Positions 8,923 to 18,600 of a stretch of 64,000 nucleotides of DNA are shown piece after piece (position 1 is the first letter of the stretch; every line of letters begins with the position of its first letter). This DNA comes from an uncultured Gammaproteobacteria bacterium (GTDB lineage: Bacteria; Patescibacteriota; Microgenomatia; Levybacterales; GWA1-39-11), in the NCBI GenBank assembly GCA_964485575.1, contig CAZAJO010000004.1, positions 25,307 to 89,306 of the forward strand. Direction: 5' to 3'. A model generated the notes under the pieces. That model saw only the letters and a list, made by a program, of their open reading frames with translations. It had not been told where the DNA came from and searched no databases. The translations under genes and the position numbers were made by a program.

Positions 8923-8955
8923 AGGCGCCCTTCGGGGCGCCTTACCTTTCTTTGA
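8923..8955 (+). terminator. Intrinsic terminator after acpP-like gene
   Basis: aggcgccc-ttcg-gggcgcct hairpin with UUCG tetraloop, followed by tacctttctttg. Confidence 0.6.
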
Positions 8956-8989
8956 CTCTTTTTCAAATTTGAGATACCATTAACCTTAT

Positions 8990-9613
8990 ATGAGAAGCAA
9001 GCAGATTCTTGAAGGTTCCTCTATAGTCCTTGCAGTATTTTTCGTGTTTTTAGTACAAAATACCGTTCTTATCACTTATAATTCCTATTTGCTAGCCATA
9101 CTTATCATTTTTTCCGCCATATACATCAGCCTCAAAAGAAGATCAAAGTCTCCATCTTCCCTTTTCTCCGGTAGCCCTGTTGAACTCTTCGGACTCATAT
9201 CAATAATAGTACTCATGGTCAGCCTCACAAATGGACTTTCTTCTCCCCTATTCTTCTTTCTTTACTTCATCTTGTTCTTACTTGCATTCATGTGTGAAAG
9301 TATAACCATATGGATATTTTTGACCTCAATTCTACTTTTCTTCCTACCGATAGTTCTGCAGAGTGTGTCCTCTGATTCGCTTATCAAAATGGGATCACTA
9401 GTGCTAATTTCCCCTATAGCCTATTTCATCGGTAGGGAATTTGAGCGTAGACAACTCCTAAACCGTAAGATAGAAAGCAAAACTGATGAAATCATTCAAG
9501 AAGCAAGACTGCTAAAAGAGGATGGAACCCCTAAGGGTCAAGATGAATCTGAGGCTATTGATGAAATAATTGAAGAAGCCTCATCACTTAAAGAAGATGC
9601 ACAAACTGATTAA
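8990..9613 (+). CDS. Polytopic membrane protein with acidic C-terminal tail (hypothetical)
   Basis: Five or more hydrophobic segments, C-terminal E/D-rich region, native low-GC codon usage. Confidence 0.55.
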   Translation: MRSKQILEGSSIVLAVFFVFLVQNTVLITYNSYLLAILIIFSAIYISLKRRSKSPSSLFSGSPVELFGLISIIVLMVSLTNGLSSPLFFFLYFILFLLAFMCESITIWIFLTSILLFFLPIVLQSVSSDSLIKMGSLVLISPIAYFIGREFERRQLLNRKIESKTDEIIQEARLLKEDGTPKGQDESEAIDEIIEEASSLKEDAQTD

Positions 9614-9622
9614 CAATGATTT

Positions 9623-9718
9623 GGGGTGGCTAGCGGGGGGAGGCCCTCATCGAGCACCCGCAGTGAAGCAACGCGAAACGAGGATTGTCGGATGAGGGAG
9701 GAGCGACGACAGGACCCC
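9623..9718. ncRNA. GC-rich structured RNA-like repeat, family 1 copy B
   Basis: Same element as 7785..7878. Closing stem UGGGGU/ACCCCA and internal stem CCCUCAUC/GAUGAGGG are the compensated versions of copy A. Ends 8 nt before the ATG at 9727. Confidence 0.4.
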
Positions 9719-9726
9719 ATTTAAGC

Positions 9727-10500
9727 ATGAATAAAAAAAGTATCACAACTATTCTTTTCTCACCAAAAGGAACTGCAGTATTCCTTACGCTCAACTTTGC
9801 CCTTTTTTGCCTATTTTTAGGTAAGAGTATTAGTGCGGAAACGATGTCTAATTCATCGTATAAAATCAGGTTTGGCAACCTCAATTCATTTGCTGGCAAA
9901 CCTTCAAATGCCTCATATAGCCTTGGAATAACAGGAGGACAAATAGCCCCTGGTCTTTATTCGGGTACAAATTTTAAAGTTAGAGCAGGATTTCAGTATA
10001 TAAAATCAATAATCCCCTTCACCTTCAAGATAAGCAGCGTATTTATCGACTTTGGACCCATAACACCAGGAACACCTATTACACGCACAAATACACTCAC
10101 CATTTCAAACGGTTCTGCTTATGGATACACAGTTCTTGCAAGTGAAAATCACCCTCTTCTTATCAATAGCACGGGTATTTCCATACCTGATACCACATGC
10201 GACAGTGGTACATGCACAGAATCAGTAGCAGCCGCCTGGACAAATCTTACTACATTCGGTTTTGGATACCGCTGCGACAATATAACAGGAACAGACTGCC
10301 AATCTGGATTTAGCACAGCCACAAACTATCGACAGTTTTCGGCTAGTAACTCCGGTGAATTAGCCTATCCTGTGATGCGTGGGGTCAATGTTGGACGTAA
10401 TATCCAAAGTCAGATCACATATAAAGTCAATGTTAGTTCCACCCAAGCAACTGGGGAATACCAAAATGTCATATCTTTCGTTGCTGTTCCTTCTATCTAA
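9727..10500 (+). CDS. Secreted protein with N-terminal signal peptide (hypothetical); the ORF-track start at 9685 is a TTG inside the RNA element, so ATG 9727 is preferred
   Basis: MNKKSITTILFSPKGTAVFLTLNFALFCLFLG is a signal-peptide-like N-terminus; the rest is a Ser/Thr/Asn/Gly-rich body. Confidence 0.6.
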   Translation: MNKKSITTILFSPKGTAVFLTLNFALFCLFLGKSISAETMSNSSYKIRFGNLNSFAGKPSNASYSLGITGGQIAPGLYSGTNFKVRAGFQYIKSIIPFTFKISSVFIDFGPITPGTPITRTNTLTISNGSAYGYTVLASENHPLLINSTGISIPDTTCDSGTCTESVAAAWTNLTTFGFGYRCDNITGTDCQSGFSTATNYRQFSASNSGELAYPVMRGVNVGRNIQSQITYKVNVSSTQATGEYQNVISFVAVPSI

Positions 10501-10910
10501 TCAACTTTTCACAGAGACATTTCCAATTTGCACATATAACAGCGCTTCCAAGGACTCACAAGCATTTTCAGTTATATAAGAATTTATACTTATCGTGTAC
10601 TGATGGATTCTCAAAATTAGGTTTTTAAGCCAATTCATCGATTATCCCATGTACATAGTCCAAAACCCCTCTTTTTTAGTCTATCACTCAGAACCTTAAA
10701 ATGCTGATATGCGAATCATTCGTGCCTTTTTTGAACCGATATAGTTTGATATACTCTATAGTTTTAATGGCTAAAATAACTATTTCCAAATGTATCAGAA
10801 ATGACGAATTACCGCGTATTAGAAATATTCTAGAAATTTGAGGTAAAATATTTTCTCCGCAAAGTAAATACCATTGTGAAATAAATAGGATTCTTTCCTT
10901 TTAAAATGAT

Positions 10911-11903
10911 TTGGGATACTATAAATGTATGAAAAGAAAAGCCATTTTTACCTTACTTATCTTGCCTCTGTTTCTTTCTATAGCAAAGGGCAACATTGAC
11001 GCCCAGGAACAAGCCTTAAGTATTTATCCACCTGTTATTGAAGTCCAGACAACTCCACCCTCCTCACCTCTGGTTCCAATCATAATTCAAAACAGTGCGG
11101 AGAATGATCTGCTTTTGAAAATTGAGCTTGTTCCTTTCAAAACGAATAATATTACAGGTGAGGTAAGATTAGTTCCTAACGATATCTCAAAAGGATTTTC
11201 CCCTTATTATCGGGATCGTATTCAATTTTTGGTTGATGGAAAAAAATCAAATACAGTTACACTCGCTCCTTTAGAATCAAAAGAGGTTCAACTTAATATA
11301 AATCTTAGTAAAGGTGACCCTCCAGGCGACTTCTACTATTCGATAGTATTTATCAATCAACAAGATGGACTCCCTGGCTCTAGCGTATCCCAAATGCCAG
11401 CCGGAATAGCCACAAACCTTCTGCTTTCGGTAGGTCCAAAGGATGAGTCTTCCGGTTCCATCTCCCAGTTCAAGACCTCTTCTTTTAAAACAAATGGCCC
11501 GGTTGAATTTGAGCTTAAAGTACATAATTCAAGCAAGCATCTTATTAACCCTACAGGTTCAATTCAAGTAAAAAATCTCTTTGGTCAGAACGTGGGTTCA
11601 GTCAAAATCTTGCCTCAATATGTTCTTGCTGGATCGGATAGATTTATGCTTGATGATAATCAAAGCTCACCTGAAGCAAGCCTTGCCTATCAACAACTAA
11701 ATACTACACCTAAGGTCATCTGGCCAGAAACGTTTCTCCTCGGTTGGTATGAAGCCAAAGCAACCGTATTACTTGAAGAAGATGGTAGAAGATATACTCA
11801 ATCACTCTACTTCTTCGCTTTTCCGCTGTATCTATTCTTCCCTTTAGTAGCTATAATCTTTATTATTCTTAGTGTGTATCTCAAAGTGAAGAAAAAAATC
11901 TAA
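10911..11903 (+). CDS. Cell-surface protein with signal peptide and C-terminal transmembrane anchor (hypothetical)
   Basis: N-terminal hydrophobic signal (alternative start MKRKAIFTLL at 10929). C-terminal FFAFPLYLFFPLVAIIFIILSVYLKVKKKI anchor followed by a basic tail. Confidence 0.6.
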   Translation: MGYYKCMKRKAIFTLLILPLFLSIAKGNIDAQEQALSIYPPVIEVQTTPPSSPLVPIIIQNSAENDLLLKIELVPFKTNNITGEVRLVPNDISKGFSPYYRDRIQFLVDGKKSNTVTLAPLESKEVQLNINLSKGDPPGDFYYSIVFINQQDGLPGSSVSQMPAGIATNLLLSVGPKDESSGSISQFKTSSFKTNGPVEFELKVHNSSKHLINPTGSIQVKNLFGQNVGSVKILPQYVLAGSDRFMLDDNQSSPEASLAYQQLNTTPKVIWPETFLLGWYEAKATVLLEEDGRRYTQSLYFFAFPLYLFFPLVAIIFIILSVYLKVKKKI

Positions 11904-12463
11904 CTTTTCATTTCTTCGCTTCAAGCTAGCGTTAAAAATATTCCCAGGCTTAAACGAAGTTAAGAAACTTATAGTGAAGAAAAAGGTCTGATTAAGCGGT
12001 TTTTAACAGAGTATTACAAAACATCCCTTTAATAATCCTATTGTGTCTACCAAGATGTATAACCATAGTATAAAAAATTCTATTTACATTATTAATAAAG
12101 GATAAATTAAATTTTAAATCCTTATCACTTCATCCACTAAATTGATTTTTACCGTCCGATAATTATCTTGCTAATTCGTATCTACCAGTTTTAACAAATA
12201 AAAACACCTATCCTAATAGTAATTACTTTTCACAAGATAGTAATTCATTAACCATTGATAAATCGTGTTTAAATGACCAAAAAAGCAACTCACATTATAT
12301 CCTAAAGTATTTTTTGAGGCTAAAATACCAGTTTGATCCACTATTCTAAATTGAATTTTGTGAAAATGTAAAAATCGTTTTTTGTCCTAAAATTACCTCA
12401 AGCAATTAGCGATATTTAATATATCTAAATATAACATAATACATCATAGCCTCAGAGCTACTC

Positions 12464-12491
12464 TTGACAGCGTAGTGTATGATTCTTTAAT
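12464..12491 (+). promoter_or_regulatory. Sigma-70-like promoter for the giant gene (TTGACA-16-TTTAAT)
   Basis: ttgaca at 12464..12469 and tttaat at 12486..12491, inside a 750-bp AT-rich leader. Confidence 0.4.
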
Positions 12492-12653
12492 CTGTTTATA
12501 CCCATGAAAAATCTGGCGTGTAAACAATATAATCAGTATAATTTTGAGGCTAAATACTCCCCTTGCGGTAATAATATTTTTGGACAAAGTGCGGCAATAA
12601 ATTCCAATGAAAATATATCCTCTAGCTTTTCACGATAAATACCAAATCTGCCT

Positions 12654-15600
12654 ATGGAATTATTAGAACTATTCAAAAGACAATTAGCATCAAAATCAGG
12701 ATCATCTTCGAAGAATACAATCAAGAATTATGTTTCAGATGTACGTCATTTTATAGCTTGGTTTGAGGCTATAACAGGATCAAAATTCGACCCTTCGTCG
12801 GTCACTACAGATGTTATTCTTTTATATCAAAATGGCTTGGGAGGGCTCGTTTTGAATGGCCAGTTACAGAGTGGCACCCAATTGTCAGCATCATCCATGA
12901 AAAGACACTTATCCTCAATAAGGAAATTTTTCACAGTCCTTGAGGCAGAAAATGTAGTCCGTGAAAACCCTTTCACAAAAATTATCACGGAAGAGTCTGT
13001 AGAACCGACGGATTATTGGCACTTAAAATCTTTTAAAGATTATTTGATGCTGGGAAATGCTTCAAAGATCACCGTCAAAAATTACCTTTCGGATATTTCC
13101 GGTTTTGCTAGATGGTATGAAGAAGCAATTCTTCCTACTATCGAGAGTCCGTTGAGCTCAAATCAAGGTTTTTATTTAATAACTCAGTCTGTGGTTGAAG
13201 ACTATCGAAAAAGGCTTGTCGAGATTCAAAATGCAGCTCCACGAACCATAAATAGAAAGCTTTCTGCGCTGCGCCGTTATCTGGAATTTGCAACAAGAAA
13301 GGGATTTATTACTAACCAAGAGATAAGTGTAAGCTCGGTTGAAGCAGACATTGCTGACGATGTTGCCGACCTTCCAAAAGTTGCATTATCTGAAATGTCT
13401 GAGAAGCTTTCTCCTCAAAAAAGATCTTACTCAAATATCCCTCCTGTCCGTCTGATTCAAAAACTCCTAATCAACCCATATCTTCTGCTTGAAGAAGGTG
13501 CAGCAAATGCAATAACAGGGTTTTTGATAGGTAAAAAAGTAACTGGTATTGCCAATTTGCCTCAGAAATTATCTGCTCAGATTGCTACTAAAAATGCGCT
13601 CAGAATACAAAATCAAGGAATAAGTACTCTTCTAGGTGTCCGAAATATTGAAAAAGAATTTTATGCTCCAGACAAAGTTTCTCTCTCAGGGTTGCCTGTT
13701 CATCAGAAATTAATCCATCATGTCAGGTTTACTAGACCTAATTGGTATAAAAGATATCATAACTATGCATTTGTTCATTACGTGCATTTTGCCCTACTCG
13801 TCATTTTCGCCGCCGGTGTTGGTGTTGCTTTGTATCAGAATTTAGTAGTGCAAAAACAGACACCAACCTTTGCCGCAGCTACTGCCCCACCTAGAATTCT
13901 TTCATTTCAAGGAAGACTTACTGATGCACTAGACAATCCTATTACTTCTCCTCAACCTGTCAGATTTATGATTTACAATAGCCTTGCTGCTACAGGTGCT
14001 GCTGAACTGTGGGAAGAGACAAGGACAATCAGTCCAGATCAGGATGGTATATTCTCAGTACTTTTAGGTAGCGATTCGACCGGCGCCAATGCTTCTTCTT
14101 GCGGATCTTTCCCTCCGGGAAGTCCATACAACACCGCTTGTCTTATTCCCTCAACAGTCTTCTCTGACAATAGTCAAATTTGGCTTGGTGTAACTATTGC
14201 TAACAGCACTGAGCTAGCACCGCGTCAAAAAATAGCTACCGTCGGATATGCAACAAATTCTGAATTTCTCCAAGGACTTCCTCCAACATCAGCTGTCAGT
14301 AGTTTTGTGAATGCAGTTCTCGCCCTTGATAGTACCGGAAGTTTTAATCTCAATGACGGTATCGAACACACATTTCAGGTCAGTAACGGCACCCTTACTC
14401 TTAAAGCACAAACCCTCAATCTAACCACGAGTCTTGGAACAAATGGAAATATCATCCTAAATCCAGAAGGGCTCGGTAAGGTTGATATACAAAAACCCAT
14501 CATCAATAACTCTAATACAGGCAATCTAGTGAGAGGTGGGGTTGAGATAAATGATAGATTTGGAGTTCTAGCTACCGAATCAGCAGTAGCTGCATTTATC
14601 GTTAACAATAATACGACTGGTGGAGATATTTTTGCTGCCTCTTCTTCTGGTACAACTAAATTTAAGATCGCCAACGATGGTTCTATCACTTCTGGATTTT
14701 ATACTGGTCAGAATGCAGTATTATATGGCACCCAGACTACTGGATTGATAGCTCAAGCAACCACAGCCTCAACTGGTCTTTGTCTTCAATCAGGTGCTTC
14801 AACACCAACGTGGGGCACGTGTGGGTCAAGCTACTGGAACCTTACGACTGACAATGGTGCATTAACCCCATTCAGTAGCACTCTTGACTTACTTATTGGC
14901 GGTCAGTCTACTGCATCTGCTAAATTCGCTTTTATTAATAATGCTTCAGGTGCACCAACCGCCTCTATCTCTGGCAATCTAGCAATCGCTGTGCCAACAG
15001 GAGCAAGTGGGGCAAATCTTTTTAATATTTTTAACGGGGGAAGCCTCAACTTTCAAACTTCAGGAGGAGGTAACGCTGGCCTTACTTCTCGTCTATTTAT
15101 AGCAAATGACGGAAGAATCGGTATAGCAACAACAAGTCCTATTGCTAAAAATGCATTAGATGTTAGGGGGATAAGCGGAACTGGCTCAACTGCAACAATA
15201 TCTGCTCGCTCTTCCTTTGCTGCCCTTGTTGTTAACAATGATGGTCTAGGGGATATTTTTGCTGCAAGTGCATCTGGAGTGCAGAATTTTGTCGTTAAAA
15301 ATAATGGTGATATCATTGTCGGACCCGATGGCGGTGGGAAAATAACAGCAGCAATAATTGATCCTTATCTCGTACAAAACCAAAAAACGACTGGAATTAC
15401 GAGTCTTACCTTACAGACAATGGGGGGGGCCGGGGCTGATATCATATTTTCTAATCAAAGTAGCGATCTTGTACATATCCTTCAAAATGGAAATGTAGGA
15501 ATAGGTGTAACCAATCCTACTACCGCAAAACTTGTGGTTGGTGGGGATATAGGCGCCGATGTAGTAGGACGAAATATAGGCTCACTCTCTATACCATTTA

Positions 15601-18600
15601 ACAATCTCTACGCAAATAATATCATCGCAACCGGTCCGGTAAGCGGATTTTGGGGACAGACACTTGGTTCACTCTACCCTGCAAACCCTACTGTTGATCT
15701 TCTAATCGGAAGCTCTGCGACTTCAACCGCTAAATTTGCAGTACTCAATATCAACACAGGTACCCCTACTGCATCAGTATCAGCTCAAAATGCTGGAGGA
15801 CAGGCATTAGTTCTTGCAAGCGATGGATCGATACAGACAACAAGAAGAAACAGTCTGGCAATTGGAGGCTCTTCCACAGGGTCTATTCAGTTCTTACCAA
15901 ACAATAATTCTGTGAATCTATTCCTTACTGGTTCAAATGCAGCAATCGGCAATCAAACACCTCAAGCGGCACTAGATGTCAGCTCTTCTTCACTAATCTC
16001 ATCTGTCGTCAATAAGATCGTTTTTGGAAGCATTGGTACGGCAATGGGATCATTGGGTTATGATGGATCGTCTTTCAATGAAATCAGGATTGGTGCCACC
16101 TCAAATGTAGGGCTTGAGCTTATAACAAATGACACCGTTAGAGGATATTTCACGGCTACTGGACTTTTTGGCCTGGGTACTGTAAGTCCTGTAGCTCAAT
16201 TACAGGTTAATGGAACCAATGGATCAAATGCTACAGTCATAATAAATCAGGGTAATAATGGTGATATACTCGCGGCATCTGCCTCAGGAACAACAAAATT
16301 TGTCATCAAAAATAATGGAATTGCCTCTTCATCAGCTGGGTTCACAATTGACGGACTGGGCGCTTTACAAAGTACAAATTTTCAGACTCTAACTATTGGT
16401 GGAAATTCTACCGGTAACGTTGTAGTCTCACCAAATAACGGAAGTGGCCAGATTCAATTTACAAATTTCACATCTGCAGGTGGACTACTTTATACTGGGG
16501 CAACTGGTATATTAGCACAGACTAACGTAGGTTCTGGTACACAGTGCTTGCTTGGAGGAACAACTCCTACCTTCGGGACTTGTGGAGGACCATTTAGAGA
16601 ATTGACAGCTTTCGGAACGATTGTTGAGAGCAACACAACTGAAGACTTCTTGCTTGGAGGTGTGGCAACCTCTAGTGCAAAATTTGCTGTACTTAACATT
16701 GCCGGAGGTACTCCTACTGCTTCTGTTTCTGCTCAAAATGCAGGCGGCCAGGCTCTTGTTCTTGGAGGAGATGGCACTATTCAGGCTGTCAGAAACAATA
16801 ACCTCACACTTGGTGGAAATACAACAGGAAGCCTCGTACTGGCAGGAACTTCAATTCAATTAAGCGCTACCAATCCTATCATTGACTTGACGACAGCCTC
16901 GACTCTTTCAATAAACACAACTACCAATAGGCCAATAACTACGGGTACCGGACTTACGACTTTGGGAGGAAATCTTACCGTCAATGGTGCTACCACGTCA
17001 CTTGCCTCAACAGCTATTACCCTGACAGGGTCATCTCCAATAATTGATCTAACTTCAGGCACAACTCTTTCGATAAATACAACTACAAACCGTCCTATTA
17101 CAACTGGGACTGGACTAACAACTCTGGGTGGAAATCTCACTGTAGCTGGTGCCACGACTACATTTAGCAACGCAACTCCAGTTCTAACCTCAAACACCGA
17201 TACTTCACTGACTATAACCCCAAATGGAACAGGAAATCTGATCCTGACCTCTGATCTGGATACAGGAGTAAAAATTGGTGCTTCAACAAATACTCTTGCC
17301 CCACTCTCTGTTTCGGGTGGAATTGGTGGGAATGCTCTCTCAATATTCAATCAGATAAATGGTACAGATATATTAGCGGCTTCGGCTTCGGGTGTTAGTA
17401 AATTCGTCATCAAAAATGACGGTACTGCTTCCTCATCAGCTGGTTTTACCGTTGATGGAATAGGCACAATTCAAAGCACACGAAATCAAACTCTTACTGT
17501 TGGCGGTGGATCGACTGGCAATCTTGTACTTGGAAAAGCCTCACAAACCCTCACACTTCCTGGCTTTACAACAAATGGAGGGTTACTTTATACAAATGCT
17601 TCAGGAGTTTTGGCACAAACAGGTACTGGTGGGGCTACTCAGTGTCTTTTGGGAGGAGCAGGTACTCCAACATTTGGATCATGTGGAACTGGGGTTAACT
17701 CCAGTCCATTCTATGAAATTCCTGCACCAATTGGCGTTATTGCCCAGGCCAACCTCACTGAAGACTTTTTACTTGGAGGACTTGCAACATCAAGCGCAAA
17801 ATTTGCCGTTCTTAACATTGCTGGAGGTACTCCTACTGCTTCTGTTTCTGCTCAAAATGCTGCTGGTCAGGCTCTTGTTCTTTCAGGAGATGGAACAATC
17901 CAATCTACGAGAAATAACAGTCTCACGCTTGGAGGAAATACAACAGGTAGCTTGGTACTAGCAGGAACATCAGTACAGCTCTCAGCTACCAATCCTATCA
18001 TTGACCTAACAAGTTCAAGCACTCTATTCATTAATACAACTACTAACCGTCCTATTACAACAGGTACTGGACTTACGACGCACAACGGAAATCTCACAGT
18101 TGCAGGGGCTACAATTACTTTCAGTAATGCCTCCCCTATCATCACATCAAACACAAATACAGACCTGACAATAACCCCAAATGGAACTGGGAATTTGATA
18201 TTAACCTCAGATCTAGATACAGGAGTAAAAATTGGAAGTTCAACCAATACTATTGCCCCTTTGTCAGTTTCTGGGGGCATTGGATCGAATGCTCTTGCTA
18301 TATTTAATCAAATTAATGGTACAGATATATTAACAGCTTCGGCTTCGGGCGTTAGTAAGTTCGTCATCAAAAACGACGGAACTGCTTCTTCATCAGCAGG
18401 TTTCACCATTGATGGGATAGGCGCTATTCAATCAACTCGCAATCAAACTTTAACAGTAGGTGGTGGAGCTACCGGTAATCTTGTGATTGGTCGTACTGCA
18501 CAAACTGTTACCCTTCCTGGATTTACTACAAATGGAGGATTACTTTATACAAATGCTTCAGGAGTTTTGGCCCAAACAGGTACTGGTGGGGCTACTCAGT

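Noticed and set aside
8060-8966. Antisense and alternative-frame ORFs within the GC-rich islands (8060..8359, 8597..8845, 8727..8966, 41180..41854, 41254..42102, 41469..41663)
   Set aside because: High-GC DNA yields long spurious ORFs in all frames. The sense frames have clear Clp_N and AcpP homology, or an RBS plus TM and signal organisation. The others have none.
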